From: Octopus sinensis
Lineage: Eukaryota
Reading direction: 5' to 3'
Assembly: GCF_006345805.1 (NCBI RefSeq)
Contig: NC_043001.1
Coordinates: forward strand, 71,238,001-71,302,000
Length of the DNA stretch: 64,000 nucleotides
The notes under the pieces are model-generated. The model was not told where the DNA came from. It did no database searches and saw nothing but the letters and a program-made list of their open reading frames with translations. Within the stretch, counting starts at the first letter, position 1; every line of letters starts with the position of its first letter. Shown piece after piece: positions 12,705 through 26,428 of the stretch. Both the position numbers and the translations under genes were made by a program.

Positions 12705-12783
<79 letters not shown>
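12559..12783. repeat. (AAT)n/(GAT)n compound microsatellite (LINE tail/target)
   Basis: Direct inspection. Confidence 0.95.
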
Positions 12784-12784
<1 letters not shown>

Positions 12785-13400
12785 CAGTGTTTCAGTATAC
12801 GTAATGGTGTTGGTAGTATTAAAACTCTAATGAAAATGGCCTTCCATCATGTGATCATTAAATAAATATCATTCTTCATAAGATATTTAGTATTGGAGCA
12901 AAATAAATAACTAATTATGGCATCATCTGTAGTAAATATTTTAGAAATATTTCTGCAAAATCTATAAAGAGCCAATTATATTAAATGAAAATCTTGAAAA
13001 TCATGAAAAACATTTATTCAGTCACTCGTGTCGAAAATATTGACTGATTTCCTTCCTACATTTCTCACTGTTTTACTTTAATGCCATTACAAATTCAGAA
13101 ATAGAATAGATATATTTCTTCTTGGTATTTATTTCAATACTACATATGACATTAATGTCTGACTGTCCATGGTTTTATTGGCTCACATCGTGAACGATCA
13201 GAATTGTGCATTTATGAATAAATATATTTGCGTGTGCTTGAGTGAGTGTGTGTTTATATATGCACATGAGTATTTATTTATGTAAATACGCACACACACA
13301 TACGTACACATACATATGTGTGTGTGTTTGTGTGTGTGAATATAATATAAATGAGTGTTTGTATGCGCTTACGATATAATTCATAAGTATTTATATTACA

Positions 13401-13458
<58 letters not shown>

Positions 13459-13505
13459 TATACTTATATATGAATATATGTGTTTGTATATATATATATA
13501 TATAT

Positions 13506-13551
<46 letters not shown>

Positions 13552-13899
13552 TGGAGTCTTTTTGTTTGAGATCACTTTAATAAATGACAGAATAGTAGAG
13601 TAAAAGTTTAGATGATACATCCGTAGAGTGTTGTTTCGAAAGATACGGATATTAATACTATTTATAGCACAACTCTCCCTATATATGTACAAATACTTAT
13701 ATATAAATAAAACACACACCCAACACATACACTTACATATGCACAAATATGTACAGAACCTTATATATATTTATGTGTGTGTGTGTGTGTGTGTGTGCGT
13801 TTAAATATATAGGCCACTTTGAGTTTAAATATACGGGTTAAATCTCCGTAAGCTGTAAATAAGTTGTCCTGTTATGCATAGTTAAGTGTCGTGTCCAAT

Positions 13900-14130
13900 G
13901 GAGATAATGTATCGCAATTCCAAAGCTTATAATACCTATTGAGGCAGAAGCAAGTACCCACAGCTGCTCTTTTGTCTTCATGCAAGATAAAATGGAATAT
14001 CCACTTTTATTATATTTTTTTGTTGAGGTGGTTATGTCCTCTTGTATGTCCTCTTCTATTTGGAGTTGTTGTAAATTACCATCAAGCTAATAGGGCTAAT
14101 ATTTTTGAAAACAGTCATAACTTCAATTCG
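13900..14130 (-). mobile_element. Possible CR1/L2 3' remnant
   Basis: Minus frame RRGHTRGHNHL resembles the CR1 TRGH motif. Confidence 0.25.
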
Positions 14131-14203
14131 TCATGATCTTATTTTGTATTTTATGTAATATGTGTTCTATAACACCAATCCAAAGATTTTAAGTTCCAGT
14201 ATA

Positions 14204-14416
14204 CAGTAATCTCTCGACTATCGCTGCTGTTACGTCCCAAAACTCGTGTTAGGTGAAAATCCGCGAAGTAGAAACAGTACTGTTTATCTTTTTATCTTTT
14301 TATAATTTGTATATATTTATTTTATTATAAATGCAGAGGAATCGACGTAAGCTTAAATAACAAACTGTGCTAGGTGAACCGCGATAAGTGAACCGTGATA
14401 TGGCGAGGAATTACTG
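14204..14416. mobile_element. pogo/Tigger-type MITE
   Basis: TA|CAGTAATCTCTCG...CGAGGAATTACTG|TA: imperfect TIRs starting CAGT, with a TA target duplication. Confidence 0.75.
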
Positions 14417-14700
14417 TACTTTTATACATCAAAAGTAGAAATGTCTTCATCCATGTATAGGCTCACCTTAACTACAAATTCTGACACTGACTCTACATCT
14501 TTCAATTAGGATTCAAAAATATTTCTCACTCAATTCTCCTCAGATATATCCAATATCCATCGAACTTTGGAAAAATTGCACAACATTCTAACCCACGGCG
14601 AAGAGCAAAACCAAACCTAAGAGTAGACTTTCGAATTTGATATACTAAATATATAAGCCCCAACCAACATCTCGCATTCAACATGCACTATATTTTATAT

Positions 14701-14830
14701 TTTGCTTGTTTCGGTCATTGGATAGCATCCATGCTGGGACACCAAGATATTCGTCGAGAAAATAAGACCCAATACTTATTCTGTCAGGCTCTTTTGTCGA
14801 ATCGTTATTCTATGTTACGGTCACATAAAA
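14701..14830 (-). mobile_element. SINE family A, 3' fragment (degenerate)
   Basis: ttgtttcggtcattgg...ccatgctgggacacc...aatacttattct...ctcttttgtcgaa. Confidence 0.55.
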
Positions 14831-15765
14831 AAAAAGATCTCGTCGTTACAGTGTAGACAAACCAAATCATCTATGTATGTGTGTGTGTGTGTTTCCATCA
14901 TGGAAACATCTCCTATCCATACACTCTCTGCAACCTCGCATAGGCCTCTGGGCACGTATCGTCATGACAACTTTCTCTGTCCTGGACAATGACAAGATCA
15001 CATGCCACACACTTTCCTTCCAAGCAGTGCTATAAACAGCAGAAGTGAGCCAGAATGTTAAAATTTAGAGTGTATGCACAGCAGGATTTAAGATCAAGCT
15101 GTGCCAAGCGGCTTTTTTCTGCGTACTTTAACATTGTTACTATGGTAACAGTCCGAATACTTGTCGATGAGTCCTTCTACATATATGTATTTACGGGTGT
15201 ATTTATAATTACATTCGTATACATTATTCAAAGAAATCTATTATTCTCATAGTTTTGTATGAAATATAGGAAATATTTGTTTTTCTAAGGAAAGCTGATA
15301 TTTTCATACAATACTTCATATGAAAGTAATCAGTTGTTTCGTTTGTGGATTTTTTTTATAGAAATGTCAATGATAAATCGGACACAGCGGAGGTATAGCT
15401 TTTGTGTAGGTTTTTTTCGTATTATCTGGCTGTTTACTATATTCATCATTTTTTATACGTAGGCGCAAATACACTTTATAAGAAACCGCACAAGCACGCA
15501 TGTATTATTCATATGCAGACACTTGTATACAAACACGCATACATATATACAGACATATATAGATATATATATATATATATATATACAAATTGAGATAGGG
15601 GTTGTAAATGCAACCCTCCATGGGATAACATATATCCAATATACTGCAAGGGAAGTACCCAACAAAGTTAATACATAAATGTTAATGATTGCGATGCAAT
15701 CAATTCATTTACTGTATTATATGGGCAAAGGTAAAATGATTTACCACAATATATATATATATATA

Positions 15766-15797
<32 letters not shown>

Positions 15798-15850
15798 CAC
15801 ATATATATATACATACATATATATATATACATACATACATATATATATAC

Positions 15851-16252
15851 TCTTTTACTTGTTTCAGTCATTTGACTGCGGCCATGCTCAAGCAACGCCT
15901 TTAGTCAAGAAAATCGCCCTCAGGACTTATTCTTTGGTAGCCTAATACTAATTCTATCATTCTCTTTGGCCGAACTGCTAAGTTACGGGGACGTAAACAC
16001 ATCAACATCGATTGTCAAGCGATGTTGGGTGGGAGGTCAAACACAGACACACAAACATATACACACACATACATATGTTTATACATATATACGACGGGCT
16101 TCTTTCAGTTTCCGTCTACCATATCCACTCACAAGGCTTTTGTTGGCCCGAGGTTATAGTAGAAGACACCTTCCTAAGGTGCCACGCAGCGGGAATGAAC
16201 CCGGAACCATGTGGTTGGGAAGCAAGCTACTTGCCACACAGCCACTCCTGCA

Positions 16253-16254
<2 letters not shown>
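15851..16254 (-). mobile_element. tRNA-derived SINE family A, full length, with internal (CA/TA) microsatellite
   Basis: Reverse-complement match to 27188-27612 and direct match to 42040-42477. Confidence 0.9.
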
Positions 16255-16347
<93 letters not shown>

Positions 16348-16435
16348 GTGTGTGTGAAATAAACTAAAAATAAAAAAATAAATACGAATGGATGGAAAAA
16401 TGAAACACATGACAGTAATAGTATACCTACGCACC

Positions 16436-16524
<89 letters not shown>

Positions 16525-16603
16525 GTTCAGCAGGACAGCAAATATTAGGGCAAGCCAAACATCTCAAGACGTATACAATATTATTATAGGAAGAAATTCA
16601 AAA

Positions 16604-16657
16604 TCTTGCAGTTATTTCTGAGATATTCCCGAGTATGGGATATTCCGTCTTCAGAGA
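16604..16657 (-). ncRNA. Decayed hammerhead motif in inverted pLTR
   Basis: TCT-CTGAAGA-cgg-ATATCCC..GGGAATAT-ctca-GAAA-taactgca-AGA; stem III and the cleavage triplet are mutated. Confidence 0.5.
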
Positions 16658-18472
16658 CAAATAAGGAAAAAATAAGGAAAATGAGAATGGTATACATCAA
16701 TAAAATGACGAAAAGAATAAGGAAATGGAAAGAAAGAAGAAAAAAAAAGCATAAAAGTTCATAGTTCAACTTGCCGAAGTTATAGTAACCAGTCCAAGTG
16801 TCCTTACGTGCAATCCTCCGTAGATCCATGAGCGTAAGTCGTTAGGTGCGATCCTGCATGTGTCCATGTGGGTTATAATCCTGATATAGTATACATCCGA
16901 AGAAAACAGCGCAAACATATAAACGTTCAATAACAGAATGGTAGCGGAGGCAGCTATTAAATGGTAAAAGTAAAGAAAAGAAAAGAAATAGAAAGATAGG
17001 TAGATAGCGTGAAGGGGGGTGATTTTAAGGATTGACGATAGGATATAGTAAGTTGCATAAGTGTATGGTGTCTAAGAATTGTGTACGGGTTAGCCGAGAG
17101 GATAAGAGAGAGGATGAGTGTGTAGAGGGAGACAGGGTAAAAGAAGTAGAGCAAAATGAGCCACGTTGTATTCATTAAAGAGTTGTAGGTTATACTTTTG
17201 AGAGCTTCTTTTAAGCAAAATACACAACTAGAGTGTTAGGCCTGATATGAATTACCCAAGTCTATTATAGTTCAAGGGTGTTTATACTGTATTTTTCTAA
17301 TAATTAAATACGTGGCTGGCTAAGGATGTGGAATTGCTGTTATCCTTATATCTAAGCTCTCTATTAGACTCATCTACCCCCATCAAATCGTATCTAGAGC
17401 GAATTGGAAGAAATATACTAGACAGAATCATACCCTCTATTAGAGAAAGACTAAATGCAAACTTATGGTCCTGACCAGACGAGATCATCACCTGATTCTA
17501 CTTGCTTCACAACAAAAGCACATCCCGTTTTCTACAATCTGACATCAATAATTACTATGCCTCTATATTACCTATCCTCCTTAAAAACGTCCTGACCCTA
17601 GCTAAAAACCTAACCAACATAACCTTCTTAGAAATTGATGTCATTCTATCTGCCAGGCAGACCCTCATATCCTTCGATAATAAGCTTTGGTCCCGCGCTA
17701 ATCTCAACACTAACAGAAGCAACTTCTTCGGTATAACTATGGGCTCATCCGACTCCGCCCATGCCACTACCTCCTTCAACAGCTCCGCACACAATTCCTC
17801 CATATTAAAGGGGGTTTATACAGGGACGATGCATTATTAATTACAACCGGCCTAACAAAGCCTGCATTAGAAAAAAACTAGAAAACACACAAATTCTTCG
17901 CCAACTTTGACCTATCTCTCTCTTTCGAAAATACTTACAGGACAGCACATTTTCTATGTTACTTTAGATTTAAACTCTTCACTAAACGTCCTATATCATC
18001 AACCTAATCAATGCCTTAAATACAACAACACAGAATCTAGTCACCATAAATCTACATTTGAGAGCGTAATCAAAGGCATATCCATCAGATATGTCTGCCA
18101 ATGGAGAAATCTTCAGCAACTACGTCAACTGCTATAACCAAGCTCTAGCCGTTAGTGGTGTCTCCCAGAATATTAGATTTATACCCAACTCTAGACTTAA
18201 GGAACACCTCTCGAAACTTAGCTCTGGACAAACGCGCACAAATAATGGAAATCCAATCCCTCCTACTACGATCAGTCAATCTCGCTCACCTAACATCCGA
18301 ACGCACAACACTAGATATACAAACACTAATACTAACATTATACATTCCATCTGTCCTCTGACATTCACTAGGGATTCTTTCTTTCCATCTCCATATTCTT
18401 TTACTCCCTTCCTCTGTGTCGTCATCTTTTTAATATATATCATTCTCATTTTCCCTATTATTTCCTTATTTG

Positions 18473-18525
18473 TCTCTGATGACGGTATATTCCATACTCG
18501 GGGATATCACAGGAACAGCTGTAAG
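18473..18525 (+). ncRNA. Decayed hammerhead motif in pLTR
   Basis: TCT-CTGATGA-cggt-ATATTCC..GGGATAT-caca-GGAA-CAGCTGTA-AGA; palindromic ACAGCTGT stem III and GUA triplet, but GAAA is mutated to GGAA. Confidence 0.55.
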
Positions 18526-18764
18526 ATTTTGAATTTCTTCCTATAATAATATTGTATACGACTGGGGATGTTTACCTTGCCTTAATGTTTGGTGCCCTGT
18601 TGAACAATTATATATCCGCTGAATCGGAAATCTGCAATGGCTCCATAACTACCATCTCAGCTATAACCGTGAAGCTCCAGTAATCCGTTACAGCATTTAC
18701 ATATCGCACCTAATCGTTTAGTCACCTATATATGTATATATATATGTATATATATTCAGGTGTT

Positions 18765-19349
18765 CCTGGGACAGGAAGTAAATATGTGCCGGGATATCAA
18801 AAAAGAGATCTCACGGAGAGTAAGGGCCGGATAGGAGGCGTTCAATAGCATAAGGGATGTGCTCAAGGGAAGGTTGGACAGGACCACCCGTGCCAACCTC
18901 ATTAACAGTGCAGTTCTGCCTGCAATGTTATATGGTAGTGAAACATGGGCTACCACAAAGAGAGAAGAGCAAAGACTAGTAACGGCTCAAAGAGCCATGG
19001 AAAGGTCAATGCTTGGTATCTCGTTGAGAGAGTACATAAGTAACAAGATAATCAGAAAGAAATCCGGCGTGAGAGATGTCATCGCAGAGTATACACGCAG
19101 CAAGTATAGATGGGCTGGACACGTCGCCCGGCTCACCAATAATCGGTGGACGCACGCAGTTGTCGAGTGGTACCCGCGTGAGCGGAAAGACCACCCGGAA
19201 GACCTCCACGACGGTGGAGTTGCGAATTCAGGAGGACGATTGGGATCACGTGGATGAGAAAGGCGCGATCCAGAGAGGAGTTGACAGCGTGCTGTGACCA
19301 GCGGTGTCAAATGGACGCCTTACGGACTGGTCAGTGAAGGTGATCAAGG

Positions 19350-19352
<3 letters not shown>
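18765..19352 (+). mobile_element. RTE-clade LINE, 3' fragment
   Basis: ORF 18859-19257 has LPAMLYGSETW, YRWAGHVARL and WTHAVVEWYPRE, plus a shifted-frame PGRPPRRW. It ends aaggtgatcaaggtgat before (TA)n. Confidence 0.9.
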
Positions 19353-19392
<40 letters not shown>

Positions 19393-19889
19393 GTATGTAT
19401 GTATGCATACATACATATACATGCATATATATGTGTGTGTGTTTGCCTCTGGGTGCGTGCGTTTGAATGTGAGAGTAGCTGGTGAAAGAGTTTGGGATTG
19501 TGTTTGTAAGCACATTTATCTTTATGCGTGTGTTTGTAGGCAATTATACCTTTATGATTAGTAGCAAACGTAATAATAAGTCTGAATGTCTCTTCGAAAA
19601 AATTTCACATATCACATTTCTATTTCTTTCAACTTTCAACGCCGGATTCTCACGTGCACCAAACAACGGAAATGTGAAAGCAACAATGAATATATTGAAA
19701 GGCGGAATTAATTTTTTCTAGAATGTGTATCTAATTGTTAATATTTTAAAATATTCAAATACAGTTCATTAAATATGTTCATACAGAGTATAGCGAATAG
19801 TAGAAAAAACACAAAGGTGTACACTCTGTGCAAATACATACGTATATATGTGTGTATGTATATACATATATGTATGTATTATGTCAGGT

Positions 19890-20435
19890 CACTTTCGAAT
19901 GCTACTGGTAACATGTAACCCAGTACAACCTGTTGCATGGTCGGGTCGTCGGCGACTAAACCGGCAACCCCACCAAGCCTGCTTGGTGAGGAGGGTGTTT
20001 ATTGGACACCCTGCGGGATGAAAAACAAAACCCGTCAAAGGGCGGAGGAACACTTGAGAGTCAATGCCCATCCAATAAATGTCTTGAGACTGTATCATGC
20101 GCGGGGACATAGAAATAATCGGACTGAATACCCGATCGCGCGGTTAAACCATTGGGAGTGAAGGACTCCTAGCCTTTGTTAGGGCATCCTTCTAGGAGAA
20201 GGTAACTCAGGTAACTGGGATAACTCCGACATAAAACTGCGGCTCAGTGGTTACCGATGATGTTGACTTGTTCTTCTTTTCGGATTATGGCTGCTGTTGC
20301 TTAATGAGTGGGATTGACTCAGTGCACAGCCTTTCCTCACTTTAAAAAAATCTTCTTGCACAGGCATTGCACGATAACAACATTAATTAAGCTTCGTGCA
20401 ATGGGCATACTCGATAACGAGGGTGGAGCCACCAT
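19890..20435. mobile_element. Unclassified interspersed repeat, copy 1 (LINE 5'-UTR-like)
   Basis: 19981-20435 is highly similar to 26431-26996. Confidence 0.75.
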
Positions 20436-20471
20436 ATGTATATATATATATAAGTATATATATAGGTATAT

Positions 20472-20569
<98 letters not shown>

Positions 20570-20899
20570 GTACATACATATACATAAGCATGTACGTACG
20601 TACATACGAGTGTATGCATTAAAAGCAAAATATGAAGTTATATTCAGAAACATACTGGGATAATATATTGAGCTCTATAACTTGCTATTAAGAGTAGAGA
20701 TTGGAATTCCATTGTGCATATTTAAAATATGTGAGTGTGTAGGCAGGACTAAATAAATTCCTTTTAAAACGTTCTAAAATAGCTAATATGTTGATCTTCC
20801 TTTAGGCAAACCTATAAAAGATAGAAATACATGGTCATTGACATACAGGAATATTATTCCCTTAGAAAAGAGAGATTAAATTAAATTAAACTTTAGCAC

Positions 20900-22250
20900 G
20901 TAGGTCTAATAATCTAAATTTATTGAAATATAGGGTTTAGGGCATGCAAATATTTATAATATACGATGTAAAAGAAATAGTTCGAAACGAGAGTTATATT
21001 ACTGTATATGGGGGCCTTAGATGATTGAATTTAGCTTTGTTTTAAAGACTTTGGCAACCAATTTATGAACAATACAAACGAGATGCAGATTAAAGATAGT
21101 AAATAGGACACAGGCGACTGCATTTATTTGAAATACGTATCTGGAGGCAAATAATCATTTGGATTAGATCATAGCGCGCAACGTAAATAAACATTAATGA
21201 AATTAATAGATTAGGAAATATGAATTTAGTAATGTTAATTGCAGAGAAAGACAGATAATAAGTAGTAATTTAATCAGTGAATTGTCGGGTAGGAAAGGCT
21301 TGGAGTTGTATCAAAGTAAGGATTGTAACTAAATTTCCAAAGGTATATTATGTACATTCATAATGTAGATATGAAATGTGGGAAGTATTTGTGAGATTTC
21401 TTTTGTGTTATTTTGTGGCTGAAAGAAATCAGCCATTTGGAATATATTCTTTAAGTAAGATACCTTTAGGAAAAAGGATTTCCATGATTTTCGTAGTTAT
21501 GTTAAATGATTTTCATACCTATGTTAAAGGGTCTTCTGTTATCCATGTCGGATTTCAGAGTGGCAAGGATTTAGCATTCTAAGTTATTGGATATATTTAA
21601 ATTCTTTAAATTCCAAACGTAAGTTGAAAGAGATGTAGTCATACAATACAAAATAAAGGATTGCTAAACGACAAAAATAGTCTGTTCATTTTACCGAAAT
21701 TTGGAAGATTTCAGTGAAATAAATAAAGTTTACTTCAGAATTGGCGGTTCTTGTCTTATATCAAAATAGAGTTACAAGAGCTTATCAGAGATTTCATTAA
21801 ATAAACAGAAATAGAACTAGAACTCCTTTTCTTAGGTGTAGTCAGTCTAGATGAATTAATGGCGAGGGCCGTTTTGGCTGTAACCGAATACAATATATGT
21901 ATTTTTGGAAAATGTGTTACATGCATGTTGTAATAGAAGCTGTCTTTTAACATTTAGAATGTCTTAGCTATAAGTCTGATAAACTATCGGTTATTGTGTG
22001 GATTGAATCACTCTTTGTAAGTTTTAAAATATCTATGACTGATTTCTTCGATGATGCCTTCACCATTTTCATGTTTGCATTAAGACCATGTGTATTTAAG
22101 ATATTAATATGATAATTAGAATGGCTATTGTGAATCTTCCCCTTTGCAGACAGCTAATGATCTACAGGATCCACATTATTCATAATTTTTCTATGGTTTT
22201 TAAACTGAATATGTAATTGTTTCTCCATGTTTGTAGGAAATGAAGAACAA
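20900..22250 (-). mobile_element. Highly decayed PLE-like ORF remnant
   Basis: Weak minus-frame similarity (HIFQKYIYCI; YKTRTANSEVNFIYF; QKTL.HRYENHL). Confidence 0.3.
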
Positions 22251-22615
22251 AGCGATATTGAAGTTACTGATTACATGAACGAGTTTTACAGATTTAAATG
22301 AAGTTTCTATCATAACGATTAATCCAAAATGTTAAAAACTATATGTTAAAAACTGACTTTCGTAACTAAGTCAGTAAGCTGAGGTTTACAGATTTTACAT
22401 AGCAGGAGACTTTCCACTTTTTATAAACTTCCGTCTAAATATGTAAAGATGAAATTTAGAATATGGAATTGAAATAAAGCAATGATATATTTAATCCTCG
22501 GTAAATCATTCGCTGATAATATCGATAAAACACCCATAAGCACACACATACACCCACATACACGCACACATAAACAGAGAGACAGACAGAGAAGCAGTCA
22601 GACAGATAGACAGAC

Positions 22616-22650
<35 letters not shown>

Positions 22651-22665
22651 TAGATAGATAGATAA

Positions 22666-22755
<90 letters not shown>

Positions 22756-23099
22756 TGATTGATTGACTGATTGATTGATTAACACATGCATAAATAAACA
22801 CGCGTGTACATGTATGCGTGAATGTTTCTCTGTGTGTTTATACAGTGTTCCAAAAATGCATACACACATTGAGTGATTATAAACCCAGTGTTTATTAAAA
22901 TATGTCATTTCCAAATTTTATTACAATCTCGACAGAATCCTATTTCTTTTTATTTTATGGGTGCCTATTTTCAAACTGATGATTGATCTGGCCCAGATAC
23001 TGCTGATAACGTGAAGCAATGGAGTTGTAATCATCAATAAACATTTTATTTTGTCTTTCTTTTTTGTCTGCCTTTTCGTCCAATCACCGTCATCTATTT

Positions 23100-23880
23100 G
23101 TCAACTTTCACTGTTTTGTACAGTAAACAACAAAAAAAAACGGGTATCTTAGTATACTCACATAAAGAATGTAGTAGTGACAGTACCGATGAACACGGAG
23201 TTATTCTACTCAACTTTTTCTTTTTATATATCTGTTTTGGTAAAATCTCTTCAAAGTAGGCCCTTACATTATTATAATATTGTTGCTATGCCCTATCTTC
23301 CTGGACATATAACTCTATCTTCAGCATCTTCTTGAATGCTTGGCCTCGTAGACTGTTCAAATGAATGTGGTCAGTCACAGTACCATGAAAAAAGAATGTC
23401 CCCATCACTCCTATTGATGATAACTGCACCGCACTTTGACCCCTGTATATTAACATGAGGATCTTCTGTTGTATACAGATTCTCAGTTTCCCAAAATATA
23501 CAGAAGTAGTGATTAATTCAAATCAGCCATTTAATTTAAATATAGCCTCAACACACAAAACAATTCTTTGTGGAAAATGTGTATATATCCTACATATCTT
23601 GCGAAATACTGCTCGCAAAACTCTACTTTCGGTCATGATTATCTTCATTGAGAGCTTAGTCTATTCTTCAAATTTAACGTTTCCAATGGCAATGCTTCAA
23701 AATGCGATGAAGTGTTGATGTTAAAATTCCATTCTACGCTCGCCGGAGAGAATATCTTGAATTCTGACAATAAATTTCCACAACGGTTTCTTGATTTGTG
23801 AGACTAGTCGATGTCCCCGGTTACGAGGATTGTTTATGCGGTCATCATGAACAGTGCATCAAACTGACCCCTAATTCGAG
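23100..23880 (-). mobile_element. Highly decayed piggyBac-like transposase remnant
   Basis: Weak minus-frame similarity (CEQYFARYVG..LFLCVEA; HGTVTDH..NSL). Confidence 0.25.
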
Positions 23881-24235
23881 TGCTAGTAAGCTTCGTTAGT
23901 GGTTCTATTTGAAACTCCTCATTAAATTATATGTGCATTTCGAATGCGTTTCCCAAATTACATTAGGTGTTAATGTTAAACTTTTTTCAAAATTTAGTTT
24001 GGCTCACTTCATGTTATCTGTACGTTAAACGAAAAAGATGCAAAATTAAATGTATCAGCTGTGTTTGTGTGTGTGATTGTGTGTGCGTGTACGTGTGCGT
24101 GTGTGTATGTGTGTGTAGTGAACGCTTTTGTAATTCAATTTTATTTTACAGCACATATACACGAGGTAAATATATATGTATATACATATATATATATATA
24201 TATATGCAAGCACACAGACACACACACACACATAA

Positions 24236-24306
<71 letters not shown>

Positions 24307-25860
24307 TTTATTATTAAAGCTGCTAAAACATCACAAAAAAGATTACAAAAACTTCTACTCAAAGTGAAATTTAAATAAAAAAGCTAAGCAACTGGCGAAA
24401 ATCATCAACTCTTTTGTTCAGCCCGTTAAAGTTCTGTTAGTAGCATCGGTTTATCTGCAATGATAATAGTAATGATAAATAAATGCAATGAAAGCAATTA
24501 AGTAAATAATAATCATAAAAAATATAATAAAAAGAATAAAAATAAAATGAAACAAAACAAATCATTCGGGTATTCGATATCTTTAAAACACATTTTAGGC
24601 GATTCTAGAGTCACTAAATCTTTACAACACATTTTAGGCGATTCTAAGTGGCCTATTAAAGACGTGCATTACAGATCAAAGTTGTAAGATACATTGTGCT
24701 CTAAATCGCAGCGCAAAAAAAAAACAATCCTATGGTTCAAAAAGGTGCATTTAAAAGTAACAAATACAACAAAGCAATGAAAATAAAATAAAATAAGGTA
24801 AAAATAATAATAAAATAATATAAAAAGAAAATAAAATAGAAATAATAGTTTGTAAACATTCGAAGGTTTTCTTGAAAGTCGAAAAATGTAAAATGTAAAG
24901 GCTAAAAATGTACAATGAAATCTGTTTTGGGATGAAAAGCCAAATTCAAATGCGTAAGCCAATATTATCTGTATGGTATTTTTCACTCGACATTTTATAC
25001 CAATAGCGTGTCTGCATCAATTTAAAAGCTCCCATCTTTGTTTCAGTGCGTATTTATCCTGGAACAATATGAAGACCCTTTCCGTCAGGCACAAATTGCA
25101 CCTCATTGGACGTCTATATGCTCCATGTTTATATAGTGCTGCTTTCTACAAAATTGTTCAGCTGATTTTGAAAGGACGAGTATCATTTTCATTCAATTGC
25201 CACACACGTTTAGCGAGACCCGTTGCTGACCTATTTTCCGAGTATCGAAATGAATTTCGGTGGGAATATAATCTAATCTTAAAAAGAATTTTCCGAAGCA
25301 CCTGTACAAGTCTTGCATTCTTGTGAACCATTTATTTGTACCTTAACTCTATAAGCTATTCCTTTCTCAAGACAATTTCCTCTTAACGGACAGCAATATT
25401 TTATCTATACAATTACAATTCTTCTAGTTATTTCCGGCACTATGGTTGCTTCTAATAGTTTTCATGTTGCGCTGGATAATTAAAGAACCGAAGCTCTTGC
25501 AACAAAAATAACTATATATATATATAAGTTAAGCAAAATTTAGATTCAAATGAATATGGTACTTAAGTTAGATGCACCAGAATTTTGTATGGTGTTATCC
25601 ATATAAATCCATGGGGTGATTATAATCAAAATAAGCAACAAGAATAAGCAGCAACCATCACTCATTGCCCTCCCTATGATTAGGTGATTTGGCCAGCTTT
25701 GCTGACCCATCAACGGGAGGGTATTTCGGTTCAGTTCGAAACATCCGATGATCGTTACATACCATATGATGACATCACTACCTTCTTCTCAAATCTCCAT
25801 TGTCTTTTGGAGTGGAAAAGAAGCACCTTTTTCTTGGTATTATTAATAATAATCCTTTCT

Positions 25861-26000
25861 ACTAATGGTGCAAGGCCTGAATTTTGAGGGGGGGGGGCCT
25901 TTCGATTACATTGACTCCATTGCGTAACTGGTACATATTTCATCGGGTTCGAAAGGATGAAAGGCAAAGTTGACCCGGCTGAATTTGAACTCAGAAAGTA
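25861..26000 (-). mobile_element. SINE family B, partial
   Basis: aaaggatgaaaggcaaagttgacccggctgaatttgaactcagaa (B-box region). Confidence 0.75.
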
Positions 26001-26214
26001 AAATAAGTACCATACTCTTAGAAAATAAATATGATATTCTGTTTGGCTTGTTCAAGCTGTGTGATTGCAGTCGAATGACTCAAACAAGTAAAAGATAAAA
26101 GATCAAGATAAACAAAACTCTCTCTATATATATATATATTAGAGAGAAACCACTATGCTAGAAATAAATCCGCTACGGTCTCACCACTAAGAAATGTTCT
26201 CAAACATATACATG

Positions 26215-26256
<42 letters not shown>

Positions 26257-26265
26257 ATAATATAT

Positions 26266-26333
<68 letters not shown>

Positions 26334-26380
26334 CATACACATATACATACATATACATACACACACATATATATATAAAT

Positions 26381-26427
<47 letters not shown>

Positions 26428-26428
<1 letters not shown>

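Larger units (their letters stand above)
16521..18609 (+). mobile_element. Degenerate Penelope-like element with ~220-bp inverted pLTR-like ends, in (TA)n
   Basis: RT blocks on plus (RLIYPIKSYLERIGRNILDRI; FFGITMGSSDSA; GVYTGTM). About 16521-16740 is an inverted homolog of about 18375-18609. Confidence 0.85.

Noticed and set aside
24581-24646. 27-bp direct repeat with 39-bp period
   Set aside because: Only two units, so not CRISPR-like; a simple local duplication.
25790-25835. Possible minus-strand micro-exon (QWRFEKKVVMSSY) ending in GTATGT
   Set aside because: Too short to distinguish from chance, and no partner exons were found.
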